In this document: positions 46,958 through 56,725 of the stretch, in pieces
How positions within the stretch are numbered: the stretch's first letter is position 1
Layout of the letters: each line of letters starts with the position of its first letter
Sequence record: PQ511146.1
DNA length: 64,000 bases
DNA from: Escherichia phage NHEP1
Reading direction: 5' to 3' (one strand)
Translations under genes and position numbers: made by a program
The notes under the pieces: model-generated
The model's database searches: none
What the model was told of the DNA's origin: nothing
Seen by the model: the letters and a program-made list of their open reading frames with translations, nothing else

Positions 46958-47511
46958 ATGATCGGGCGGCTTGCCACCTGATCCACATATTTAAAAAATC
47001 TGTCATTATCGTTTCTTGAGCTATGGCTCTCCTCTGTGTACCGATAAGGAAAACCTCTTAACCAGCTGTTGAAGATGGAAGATATGGATATGGACAAAGC
47101 ACTATTCTCCCCTGTCTGAATAGCCATGTCTGTTATAAGGCCGTCAAACAAGCCATTGGTTGTAACAGGTAAACCATTCTCCATAGCTGTGATATACAAC
47201 GTGGCACGACAACCCGAATACTCCGTCTTCAGCAGATCACCTACATACTTGGGATCAAACCCGTTCAATGTTGCTACCACAGATCCGAAGTTGGTGGCAT
47301 CTTTCTCAGACACAGCAGTCAATGTTGCTGATCCACCTATCCCTATAAAATGTTGCCCCTCAATCACCACAACACCAGTTCCTGAGCACACCCTGACAGT
47401 CCCTGTTGGTAGCTCTAGCTTTGCAGCAATTAAGATCTCAACACTATCAAGCTCCAGCTTTTCAAGAAATAAATTATCTAATGGCGCTCTAATCATCTTA
47501 GAAATCCTCAA
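46945..47511 (-). CDS. tail tip assembly protein (hypothetical)
   Basis: 188 aa; overlapping stop/start with neighbours. Confidence 0.4.
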   Translation of the reverse strand: MRISKMIRAPLDNLFLEKLELDSVEILIAAKLELPTGTVRVCSGTGVVVIEGQHFIGIGGSATLTAVSEKDATNFGSVVATLNGFDPKYVGDLLKTEYSGCRATLYITAMENGLPVTTNGLFDGLITDMAIQTGENSALSISISSIFNSWLRGFPYRYTEESHSSRNDNDRFFKYVDQVASRPIIWEV

Positions 47512-48088
47512 AGAAGTTGATAACTATATTATCACCTTTTTGCATAGCATCGACTTTTTGCTTAATTTTATAAATATCTCTGATATGAAACCTACCCTTT
47601 GGGGATTGAGTTATTATCTTCATAGTGTCCCCTGCGGCAATAGGTTTTCTAAGTCTTGGAGATATGCTTATAACAGCAGACCCAACACCATCGCTGCGCA
47701 CTGGAGCTGTTACCACTTTCAATTCATCGTTAACAGATATTTTATCCCCAGCTCTGGCTATGTCTCTGTTTGGCTCCCATCCGACCGTCTTCAAAAAATC
47801 GTCGTTACCAGTAGGCCCAAGGGCGATTGGCTCATTAGCTGTTACTGAGTGACCGTACGTTTTAATAAGAAAAATGTTCCCATCTTTATACACCTGATCA
47901 ACAAAGCTCTTAAGCTCTAGCAGTTGTGACTCGCTGATATTGGAAACCGTCAAAGTGCCTTTCCAGTTAGGTGTGGCATAGGTCACTTTTTGCGTTTTAC
48001 CTGTAAACGGACTTTTAAACGTAACAATATCTGCCAGCAGCTCCAATCTGATGTCTGGAAGGTATCTAGGCCTTTCCCATAAAAACAT
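47498..48088 (-). CDS. tail tip protein (hypothetical, distal-tail-like position)
   Basis: 196 aa; first gene after terminator 48148-48180. Confidence 0.4.
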   Translation of the reverse strand: MFLWERPRYLPDIRLELLADIVTFKSPFTGKTQKVTYATPNWKGTLTVSNISESQLLELKSFVDQVYKDGNIFLIKTYGHSVTANEPIALGPTGNDDFLKTVGWEPNRDIARAGDKISVNDELKVVTAPVRSDGVGSAVISISPRLRKPIAAGDTMKIITQSPKGRFHIRDIYKIKQKVDAMQKGDNIVINFFEDF

Positions 48089-48147
48089 TGTGCCTCCAGG
48101 TTAAACAATCATGATAGTTATTTTACCAGATTTTGAGTTAATACGCA

Positions 48148-48180
48148 ATACAAACAAAAAGCCCCCGCCGAAGCGAGGGC
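48148..48180 (-). terminator. rho-independent terminator (UUCG tetraloop) after the 1272-aa fibre gene
   Basis: Minus transcript GCCCUCGC-UUCG-GCGGGGGC then CUUUUUGUUUG. Confidence 0.65.
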
Positions 48181-48187
48181 AAAACAG

Positions 48188-51100
48188 TTACTTCAGTTTC
48201 TCTTGCAGCCCAGTAACAACCTCTGTCAATTTTTTAACCTGTTCCTCAAGGGCGGTTATTTTATCATCCTGTTCCCTACAAACTTGGACAAGCAAGCCTG
48301 TCACAGCTGCGTAATCCACGCTGTAGAATCTTTCCTCTGTTATCAAAGGAGTTCCATCTTGCGTGGGATCAGGAGCCTCTTTCCTTTGCACGAAAGATCC
48401 AACCGCTTCAGGTAATGCTTCCATAACCTCTTGAGCAATTACCCCTGCGTAAGGCATACCATTCTCTTTTAAAGTGTAGGTATAGCCATTCATCTTCCGG
48501 ATAGCTTCTAACGCGTTAGGAATAACTTCTATGTTATCCTTCAGGTCGCGGTCAGAGTTTTGGTTCACGGATACACAGTTTACTGCACCGTTTACAGAAA
48601 GATATCTTGATTTATCCGGCAAGGTACCACAATGCCATACCCAATTTGCTTGAGAATCGTCAAGAACCTTAAACTCCAACACGTTTGGACGATTTCCTGT
48701 GCTGCCGTTGCCCCAATAGTGCATATGAGCGCTATTCGCAGGCATGTTGCCACCGTTATTAGTGACATGGCTTCCAGAAATATATACCTTTAACTCTGGG
48801 GTCGGTATTTCCCCTTCTGGGGTTGTTCCTCCATACCTGAAGCTAACACCGTTACCGCCTGTTTGGGTCCACGGTCCCCAAGTAAAGACCTGCTTCACCA
48901 TATTCCCATAACGTATAAATCTATCGCCGTGATAGGTAATATACTCTTGAACACACCCATTACCGTTATTGGCGTTATTTTGTAACACAATGAGTGTCCC
49001 GGCCTCATTTACGGGATAATGACGATCATTTGTTGCATCATTATTTGCAGGCTGATGGTAAATACCCTCCCACAATCCGTGATAGGTATTAAGGTCTGAA
49101 GTACCAAGGCCTTGACCCCTGTGCTGCATGGCCTTATTCCAGGGGTGATGATTACCACCTTCTATAGACCTGGTGTATAAGTTACTTTGTCTGCCAGCAA
49201 TCTGGAAAGCGTAGTTTCCTGAGAATCCTACAGATAAGCCACCTACAACCATGGTGTCTTGTGGACCGTTAACATTACCAGCTATTATTTTTGACGGGTT
49301 GTTAGGCCCGAACTGGTTGTTCCAGTCTGCACCAGTATGACATACAAAACCACCAGGAGCTGAGAAAGTACCGTCCTTGTTGAAGTTGTAGAATCTATGA
49401 GCTGTGCCTACCACATCACGAACAATAACTTGACCAGCCTCTGGGGTGGATCTGAACTCTGCCTGTCCTTGCAGTCTTGCACCATTACCACATTTAGAGG
49501 TAAAGGTGTTGTTGATCAGATCCTCTGTTCCTTCCGATGCAGCTTGGAACCCTGCGTTAGAGAACAGTGCTTTCCTGGTGGTTTGGCTACCTGGACAAAT
49601 GTAGTTAAGACCATTATACCACATCTCTACAGGAGGCATCTCTGTCTTACTCATCAGAACCATTCTGTCAGGTGTGCCTATATAGTGCCAGCCTGCGCCA
49701 CCCCCAGTATAGAACCCTGATGTTCCCTTGAACTCAGCAAGAGGTCTGGTGTTTGTTACATCATCACCTTTAATTGCAAGACTTAAATTATCTGATGCAA
49801 GAGGGGCGCAAAACTTGACACCATCTTGGTTGTTAGTTACATTCCCTACCTGCCAGTCATTTTCTCTGGTAAATACCTCAAGAACGTTTCTGCTTGCGTA
49901 GATACTAACAGGGAAAGCACGCGCCTCAACATAGAATGCAACATACTCCTGCTTTCCTCTGGTTGGAGCTATGCACCCAAGAATTGCTTTCTCGTTTTGG
50001 TAGAAATTAATAACACCTTGGAAAGAATCCCCCCTATCCGTCCAGCCACCAGTTCTGTAGTGACACTGCAAGGTAGCACAGTTCATAGGGTCATTTCCAG
50101 ATGAAGATCTGGTGACTATAGTAATATCCGTACCTGTCGAAGGGGCGTAATACGGATCTGTTCTAACGATGATTGGGTAGTATTTCCCATCTTCCATCCC
50201 TGCGGTTCTTGGCAGTGTTAAGAAATCTTTTACACCTGCTGCTACAGGAACTCTAAACATATTCTGAGCTTCTGCCAGAGTTGTAACCCCAGTACCACCT
50301 GCTGCCTGAGGTAAAGGTTCCCACTTGGCCTTCCGGTTGTTATAAACACCCCATTCCAGAGTACCATTACCGGATTCATCCATCCCTCCATCCCAGATTA
50401 CCATTTTTGCGGCTTTCTTGGATCCCCAGAACCCTCTTTCTGCTCCTGAACTACGGATCCATTCTCCGAGTCCCCAGTTTGTCAGCTGACCAGTAAGATC
50501 CCCAACCTGCATGTATTTAGGACAGTCTAATACGCCGTCTTCGCGGAAACCTAAATATCTATGGGTTTCAGATCCTTTTGCACCTTTGTGTAGGTGGATT
50601 GTTAACCACGCCTTATTGTCGTTTCTTACCTCGGAATAGATCCTATACCCATGCTCAAGGACACCGTCAGCACTGTATTTGTCCCCGTGAACAATGCCAG
50701 ATGCCGACTTGACATCAGCAGAGCTTTGAGACAGGTAAAGGTGCCCGAAGGTAGGAGAATTCCTAGACCCAAGACCTATGTGCGATCTAAAGGTCTCATC
50801 GTTACGAGGTCTGACCATCGGCTGCCATGCAGTCCACTGGTTTGTGTTGGCCTGATAAGTTCTCAAATACCAAACATCTACGTTAGAGAATGGGTAGTAT
50901 TCCTGACGACAGCCTGTGCCGCCGTTAGCATTGTTCTGCCAAACAATTAGGTGACCCGCACCAGAACCTGCAGGGTAACCATTTGCCTCAGTTGCATTAG
51001 CAGTCATCGGCTGGTAGTATACACCATCCTGATTACCAGTCAAGTTATTGATATTGAAATTTGCCTCAAGGGCTGCACGTTGCTTATAGAAAGCCCCTAA

Positions 51101-52006
51101 GTTAATGCGTGCACCTGCGGCATCTTTGGCCCCTGTACCACCCTGCTCTATAGCAAGAGGTTGCCACGAAGCTGTTTGTTGGTTCCACATACCCCAACGG
51201 CCTGTTGCATCAAGCTGCAAGTACCCTGCCGTGTTTAAATCATCTCCGGCACGGATAACTGTTCTTGTTGGGTTGTTTGCCTCCAGGCGTTTAAATTCGT
51301 CACGAAGTGCTATTCTTTTTGTTGTTGCTACACCGTTGGTTACTGCAATGGTATACATGGCTCCAGAGGTAGCGCCACGGAAAATGCCATCAACAGTTGT
51401 AGTATCACGACGAGATACCACACCGTTCAGAAATTTTTCACCAGCTGCTTCAGAAGGGTAGTTAGTAGTTCTTCCCTCTTCAATAACTGCAGGACCAACA
51501 AAGTTGACAAGGTGAATAACATCACCTACAGTATGCACTGTACCAAAATCTACCCGCTGTGCAAGTGCTTTAGCATCGTTGGCTGTCTGAACAGTAACAT
51601 CCATTACATCCTGGACAGACTGCCCTTCGGCTGTCATGATCATAGATGCGCCAATGGTAGATTCTAGCTCCTCCCTTAGGGACGGGTCAGTATATACCAT
51701 CCACGCAGCGTCAGTAATCCCACCGTCAGAATATGGTGAAGACAGTGCAGGGACAGTGTGTGGAAATTCGCCTTTCCAACGCAGGTATAGATCTTCCTCT
51801 TCGAAGTAGGCAAAATCCATTGGGCCGTTTAACTTACCACCTTCCTTAAAGGAGATTACATGAGAAACAGTCCCATCCACATGGACAACATCGCCAATTT
51901 TTACACGACGGGTCAGGTCTGGTTGTTGAACAACCAGGTAATCATCCTCTGTCACTGCGGTAGTGGCAGGAAGAGATTCAATTCTGACAACTTTAATATC
52001 AGCCAT
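48188..52006 (-). CDS. long tail fibre / tailspike with C-terminal intramolecular chaperone (Peptidase_S74-like) domain
   Basis: 1272 aa; C-terminus SDRDLKDNIEVIPNALEAIRKMNGYTYTLKENGMPYAGVIAQEV then coiled coil; N-terminal 120 aa homologous to 54641..55309. Confidence 0.7.
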   Translation of the reverse strand: MADIKVVRIESLPATTAVTEDDYLVVQQPDLTRRVKIGDVVHVDGTVSHVISFKEGGKLNGPMDFAYFEEEDLYLRWKGEFPHTVPALSSPYSDGGITDAAWMVYTDPSLREELESTIGASMIMTAEGQSVQDVMDVTVQTANDAKALAQRVDFGTVHTVGDVIHLVNFVGPAVIEEGRTTNYPSEAAGEKFLNGVVSRRDTTTVDGIFRGATSGAMYTIAVTNGVATTKRIALRDEFKRLEANNPTRTVIRAGDDLNTAGYLQLDATGRWGMWNQQTASWQPLAIEQGGTGAKDAAGARINLGAFYKQRAALEANFNINNLTGNQDGVYYQPMTANATEANGYPAGSGAGHLIVWQNNANGGTGCRQEYYPFSNVDVWYLRTYQANTNQWTAWQPMVRPRNDETFRSHIGLGSRNSPTFGHLYLSQSSADVKSASGIVHGDKYSADGVLEHGYRIYSEVRNDNKAWLTIHLHKGAKGSETHRYLGFREDGVLDCPKYMQVGDLTGQLTNWGLGEWIRSSGAERGFWGSKKAAKMVIWDGGMDESGNGTLEWGVYNNRKAKWEPLPQAAGGTGVTTLAEAQNMFRVPVAAGVKDFLTLPRTAGMEDGKYYPIIVRTDPYYAPSTGTDITIVTRSSSGNDPMNCATLQCHYRTGGWTDRGDSFQGVINFYQNEKAILGCIAPTRGKQEYVAFYVEARAFPVSIYASRNVLEVFTRENDWQVGNVTNNQDGVKFCAPLASDNLSLAIKGDDVTNTRPLAEFKGTSGFYTGGGAGWHYIGTPDRMVLMSKTEMPPVEMWYNGLNYICPGSQTTRKALFSNAGFQAASEGTEDLINNTFTSKCGNGARLQGQAEFRSTPEAGQVIVRDVVGTAHRFYNFNKDGTFSAPGGFVCHTGADWNNQFGPNNPSKIIAGNVNGPQDTMVVGGLSVGFSGNYAFQIAGRQSNLYTRSIEGGNHHPWNKAMQHRGQGLGTSDLNTYHGLWEGIYHQPANNDATNDRHYPVNEAGTLIVLQNNANNGNGCVQEYITYHGDRFIRYGNMVKQVFTWGPWTQTGGNGVSFRYGGTTPEGEIPTPELKVYISGSHVTNNGGNMPANSAHMHYWGNGSTGNRPNVLEFKVLDDSQANWVWHCGTLPDKSRYLSVNGAVNCVSVNQNSDRDLKDNIEVIPNALEAIRKMNGYTYTLKENGMPYAGVIAQEVMEALPEAVGSFVQRKEAPDPTQDGTPLITEERFYSVDYAAVTGLLVQVCREQDDKITALEEQVKKLTEVVTGLQEKLK

Positions 52007-52011
52007 TCTTT

Positions 52012-52036
52012 CTCCTGAAAGGGGGCAAACAGCCCC
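52012..52036 (-). other. intergenic hairpin GGGGGC-UGUUU-GCCCCC immediately upstream of fibre gene SD (weak terminator/attenuator)
   Basis: 6-bp GC stem between stop of 52042..54639 and AGGAGAAAGA SD of 48188..52006; short UUUC tail. Confidence 0.4.
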
Positions 52037-52041
52037 CTATG

Positions 52042-54639
52042 TTAAAGGTACAATCCACGGTATTGAGCATAAAGTCCCAGACCGCGAAGGATTTCGCCAG
52101 AGTGATAGCCTACCGGATCAGAAACTGCCCAGCAGCCGTTTAAAACATTATCCCCGTTAATGAAGTGGTGCTTTTGCAGTAACTTCATACAGGCTTCTAC
52201 AACAATATCTATTTGAGGTATTGTCTCTGAATACCCGCAAAGACCTAGCCAGCAGCAACCTGCAAGCCATTCACCTACCACCCACATCCTGTCTCCTCTG
52301 TCCTGATAAGAGTATCCTCCAGAGGTGTTAAAGTCTGTAGGTAGATTTCCTGAATGAGATGACTGGAATCTGTTGAGGAACCATGCCCATTTCTGGCAGA
52401 ACAGGAACAGTCTTTCATCAACAGGTTCTTTATGTTTCTTGAGCTCATATATTGTGCGGCACGCAGCAACAAAAGATCTTGACTGGAGCTTAGAGTTATC
52501 TACCATCTCCCACCAACCAGTCAACCCTTCATTACCTCTTTGCCATACATAACGTGAGGCAACTGGACCCTCTGTCTTAAATGTATTATTATACCAGACT
52601 TGAGAGTCGTACAGAAAGCCTATTGTATTTGACAATCTATGGCGATCTATGTTTTCTGCACCCATGCAGTAGACTGCTGGGTATTGCATGCCAGGGTAGG
52701 GCCAATTTGGCTTTTCCTCTAAGAGATAGTTTTCCTTATCTATCACCTTCCCAGCAGGGAACACACCAGGAGTGTGTCTGTATGCTCCTTGCTTGTAGTT
52801 TCTGACATAGCAATCACCAACCTTGGCGGTTGATTCTGTCTTGCTTGCCATCCATACACTAAACCAGATCAGATAAGCATCCCTATCTGCAACATAAAAT
52901 TGCGGCAGCGTGTTGACGCAATACAGATCGAACAAGCCATTGCCTATCTGCCTGTCGCTCAGACTGAAATCTACAGAGGTAATTCCTTTAGGGTTAGCAA
53001 AGAAAGGTTTAATCTCATCTTCTGTGTGATGAGGTTGTGTTGGGTCTAGTTTAAAATCGCCCAGGGTAAGAGTTTCTGTTATCCATTGCCCGTTAGTAGC
53101 ATATAGATCAGCATACCATAACCAACGGTCTTTGTCAAGAAATTTGACCCTTACCATCTCATCATCTGACCGATAAGTCACTGAGTTTAAAGAAATCTCT
53201 CTTCCAAAATTGAAAGTTACCTTGCCTCTTACTATGTTGCAACGGGTGAAGTTGTCAGAGTGGTTGTAAATGTCGGTATCATACTGCATACTGACACTCG
53301 CGCCACCGCTTACGGTAATGTTTTCCTCTTTTGGCAAGAGATACGGGTTACCGTCTTTACCAACCACCTCCACGAAATCGGTGACCTTGGCAACTGTCTC
53401 TGTTACCTCTGACCCTCCAAAAGGGACCCCTATCCTATACTGTTTTTTGTTATTGTTGCCATCATTAAGGATGAAATGTGGCTGAAACAGAACCCCTTCT
53501 CCTCCGAAATTCATAACAATTTCAGCATCTCTGCCTATTTTGTATGTAATCCCTTTTTGGATTATTTCGCAAGGCTGGCGTGCGTTCATTCTAAAATTGA
53601 TATATCCGTCACTATCCCTACTCATGACAGGTACTGTTCCTGCAACTAGACAGGTGCCATCTGTGAACGGAGCCTTAATCAACGTGGTCTTTCTAAACAG
53701 TTTGTCGTAGGCATTTATATCACTGAAATTAAGCAGCTTGTTGTAAGATTGCTTAAACGCTGTGTAATACTTTTCCTCACCTGTCAAGGTATAGAGTTGA
53801 TAACAAGCGTCACACCACATTTCTTCCCCGTCCAACTCTGGGGCTTGATTGTCTGCAACCACGTTTATAGGATTTACAATTACAGGGGATCCAGCAGGTA
53901 TCACCGATCCACCCTGCTCTTGTGGCAATCTCACACAGTAGGTTACCTTGTGGCTGCCTGTAACACCCTTATCCTGCAGTTGGATTGTGCCGAACTCTGC
54001 AGACGTATGACCACTATCGGCTATGCTACCATTGGCCCAATAGCGGTTACCATCCCATGCTATATACCACTCAACCCACCAACTTAATCCAGATGTTGTC
54101 CAATTTGGGTTAGCATCTGTGCCGCCGTAAACATCAGAGTCTACAGTGTTTCTTCCTAGCACACCGTTATACGCTTGGAATGCCTTGTCTAAGTATTCTC
54201 CCCATGTCGGGGATCCAGCTGGGATTTTTCCTCTACCATTGGTGAAAGACACCACTACATCTTTAAACCCACCATGTGATGGAACCCCATCTGTGGATAA
54301 CGGGTAGTGGGACAATCTTTGCATTTTACTTTCTACTGCATATACGCCCAGAAGATGACTGTTGTAGGCTTCCCAAGCCTCTTTGGCCCTATCTAGATAA
54401 AAATCGCTTTTTGATGCCCTGTATGCCTCAATGTACCCCAGAATCAACACAGCCTGAGCTTCATGCATTGCCCAATCATTATTTATCTTACTCCCTGACC
54501 AACCTGACGCTATAAGTCCATCCTGGTTTACCAGTTTGTTCTGCGTGGGGAGATTGGTAATGCCTGTGTTGTTATCGAGGCACTTCCTGTGCCCCTCAAT
54601 CATCTGAAATACGTTATCAATGTTGTGTTGAATACGCAT
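52042..54639 (-). CDS. putative tail-associated polysaccharide-degrading enzyme (alpha/alpha-toroid-like, speculative)
   Basis: 865 aa; aromatic/Trp-rich helical segments at both ends with beta-rich middle; own AGGAG SD inside the end of the upstream gene; start 1 nt after upstream stop. Confidence 0.35.
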   Translation of the reverse strand: MRIQHNIDNVFQMIEGHRKCLDNNTGITNLPTQNKLVNQDGLIASGWSGSKINNDWAMHEAQAVLILGYIEAYRASKSDFYLDRAKEAWEAYNSHLLGVYAVESKMQRLSHYPLSTDGVPSHGGFKDVVVSFTNGRGKIPAGSPTWGEYLDKAFQAYNGVLGRNTVDSDVYGGTDANPNWTTSGLSWWVEWYIAWDGNRYWANGSIADSGHTSAEFGTIQLQDKGVTGSHKVTYCVRLPQEQGGSVIPAGSPVIVNPINVVADNQAPELDGEEMWCDACYQLYTLTGEEKYYTAFKQSYNKLLNFSDINAYDKLFRKTTLIKAPFTDGTCLVAGTVPVMSRDSDGYINFRMNARQPCEIIQKGITYKIGRDAEIVMNFGGEGVLFQPHFILNDGNNNKKQYRIGVPFGGSEVTETVAKVTDFVEVVGKDGNPYLLPKEENITVSGGASVSMQYDTDIYNHSDNFTRCNIVRGKVTFNFGREISLNSVTYRSDDEMVRVKFLDKDRWLWYADLYATNGQWITETLTLGDFKLDPTQPHHTEDEIKPFFANPKGITSVDFSLSDRQIGNGLFDLYCVNTLPQFYVADRDAYLIWFSVWMASKTESTAKVGDCYVRNYKQGAYRHTPGVFPAGKVIDKENYLLEEKPNWPYPGMQYPAVYCMGAENIDRHRLSNTIGFLYDSQVWYNNTFKTEGPVASRYVWQRGNEGLTGWWEMVDNSKLQSRSFVAACRTIYELKKHKEPVDERLFLFCQKWAWFLNRFQSSHSGNLPTDFNTSGGYSYQDRGDRMWVVGEWLAGCCWLGLCGYSETIPQIDIVVEACMKLLQKHHFINGDNVLNGCWAVSDPVGYHSGEILRGLGLYAQYRGLYL

Positions 54640-54640
54640 C

Positions 54641-55309
54641 TTAGATAGCTCCTGCTATAATCAGTGCCCCGTACCAAGTTAGCCCGTTGTCGTAGGTTTC
54701 TAACTTGAAAATATCTGTTGCACCAGCTGTAAATGTTAGGATAGGATCTCTTCCGTATGCCCATTTAACATTATCAGGCCAATAGACTTTGTTACCGCCA
54801 GAGGTCTGAGTAATGCATACGGTTATAGTTCTCGCTACCCCTTCAAGACCTTCTGTCTGATTTTCAAAAGAGATTGTGGTATTTGAAGTTAGTCGAACTT
54901 TAAAAGTGTCCGCAACTTCAAGATCCATATCAAGCTGACCACCAATAGATCCGTAATCAACTATTCTGCCAGAAGAAGTTGCAGCAAGCTCCCCAAAAAC
55001 AGACCAGGCTTTTGCAGACACACCCCCAGCACCCTCTACAGTAGAGTCTGGGAGGATTATTTTAGGGTAATCCCCGTTCCACGTGTAGTATCGCTTGGTC
55101 TCTGGGTCATAAGCAAAGTCCTTCTTGCTCTTAAGATAACCGCCCTCTGTGAAATAAACTATTTTAGTAATGCTAAGATCATTGACAACATCATCAATCT
55201 TAGCCTTTCTTGTCCCGTCAGTCTGGTTGACAACCAAGAAGTCATCACTCAAGACTGTTTCTGCATCTTCAAGATCTGGGATTGGTATTGTAGGATAAGC
55301 TACAGCCAT
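54641..55309 (-). CDS. tail fibre N-terminal anchor-domain protein (adapter)
   Basis: 222 aa; DDFLVVNQTDGTRKAKIDDVV...FTEGGYLKSKKDFAY aligns with N-terminus of 48188..52006 (DDYLVVQQPDLTRRVKIGDVV...FKEGGKLNGPMDFAY). Confidence 0.55.
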   Translation of the reverse strand: MAVAYPTIPIPDLEDAETVLSDDFLVVNQTDGTRKAKIDDVVNDLSITKIVYFTEGGYLKSKKDFAYDPETKRYYTWNGDYPKIILPDSTVEGAGGVSAKAWSVFGELAATSSGRIVDYGSIGGQLDMDLEVADTFKVRLTSNTTISFENQTEGLEGVARTITVCITQTSGGNKVYWPDNVKWAYGRDPILTFTAGATDIFKLETYDNGLTWYGALIIAGAI

Positions 55310-55318
55310 GATTTCTCC

Positions 55319-56035
55319 TTAGTTAACATCAATAGCACGACCAGACTGGTTGGCAATAGCCTCATCATTAGAGGTAGCAATAACACCCGAATATTCGCGC
55401 TCATCTGGAGCAAGCGTCCAGGTATTGCGGTTAATGGTTTGTTCTGCATCAGTCATCAGCAGATCTTTATCCTGAGTCAACAGAGAACCTACAGGGATCG
55501 GGTTTTCCATCTCAGGACCAGCATACTGGTTCCACCACGTAGCATCCCCGGTTCTAGGCAACCTGAAGTTGATCAGGTAGTACAGTTTATTAGCCCACTT
55601 AATCCAACCTTCATCATCACACAGAGAGGTTGTCCCAGCATCAGGCTGTGGATAGGTAAACTGGTCAAGACCTACGAAAGCAAGTCTTACAATCTCGTTC
55701 TCTTTGGTAACAACCTCAAAGAACGCTTGGTATGTTCTCGATCTTCGATCCATGGTGGATTGGAAGTTTATGATGTTTAGTACATCCGGCTCTTGTCTTG
55801 CCACTTCCATAATCTTGTTATCAAGAACAGTCTTCATGACCTTCTTACTGAGAAAGTCCATATAAGGGAAGCCAAACAACTCGTCAAAGTACCAGCTCCC
55901 TTTCCAGGTATTAAACCTCATCCACAGGCGCTGGCGCAGACTTACCTGGTTTGAGTCTATCAACTCAAGACCTTTATCTATCGCCAAATCACCTGTCTGT
56001 GGGTCCATCAATATATCACTATAAAGCGTAGCCAT
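55319..56035 (-). CDS. baseplate wedge protein, gp25/GPW-like
   Basis: 238 aa; TWKGSWYFDELFGFPY resembles the GPW/gp25 core motif (...KGSRPFDPEFG...). Confidence 0.5.
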   Translation of the reverse strand: MATLYSDILMDPQTGDLAIDKGLELIDSNQVSLRQRLWMRFNTWKGSWYFDELFGFPYMDFLSKKVMKTVLDNKIMEVARQEPDVLNIINFQSTMDRRSRTYQAFFEVVTKENEIVRLAFVGLDQFTYPQPDAGTTSLCDDEGWIKWANKLYYLINFRLPRTGDATWWNQYAGPEMENPIPVGSLLTQDKDLLMTDAEQTINRNTWTLAPDEREYSGVIATSNDEAIANQSGRAIDVN

Positions 56036-56047
56036 GCAAGCCCTCTA

Positions 56048-56725
56048 TTAGTGCGGTCCACTTGTCTCGCCATCAGGGCAAGAGTGGGTATGACCTTTAT
56101 ATTCTGCATAGAATGAGTCCAAATCCACACCAGCAGCCGTTATAATTCTACCAGACGGGTCTACTGTTGCACCATTCATTCTAATATTCCCATCCACAGC
56201 AGCTCGTAAGTTGGCAGCTCCGTTAGTGAAAGAAAACTCCCCACTACTGTCGCACCGTAATGTCCCGCCAGGTGTTTGAAGCTCAAAATCACCAGAAGGT
56301 GTCAGCTTAAAATAAACCCTATCATTCCATAACTCCACATTATCAGGATCGATCTGCAAAGCGTTCGAGTCTGAATGAACAGAGGTTATTGCCCACCCTG
56401 GAAACAGACCGTGAGTTTGTTGATCGTCGTTATTGTTTTCATTTCTCTCTGAAAACTGCAACCCTACAACATCGCCAGCCTTAATAGGGAGTGTTAACCT
56501 TGCCTTCCCACTGTTTGCAGACATCACCTGGATCGGAACGTCATAAATAAGAGGGTATCTCTCAACATCCCCGTCATCAAACGTGGTTTCAGCTATTGGC
56601 TGTACTGCTGCGGAGGGGATACTGTAATCTACACTGACAACTCTGGCCCTGATACTGGTGTGGTAGTCCCTCATTATTTTTTCTATAAAGGATCTTACAG
56701 CAGCATCTTTCCTATTTATTGCCAT
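56048..56725 (-). CDS. baseplate central spike, gpV/gp5-like
   Basis: 225 aa; C-terminal KGHTHSCPDGETSGPH with HxH metal-binding-type apex motif; adjacent to gp25-like gene. Confidence 0.55.
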   Translation of the reverse strand: MAINRKDAAVRSFIEKIMRDYHTSIRARVVSVDYSIPSAAVQPIAETTFDDGDVERYPLIYDVPIQVMSANSGKARLTLPIKAGDVVGLQFSERNENNNDDQQTHGLFPGWAITSVHSDSNALQIDPDNVELWNDRVYFKLTPSGDFELQTPGGTLRCDSSGEFSFTNGAANLRAAVDGNIRMNGATVDPSGRIITAAGVDLDSFYAEYKGHTHSCPDGETSGPH

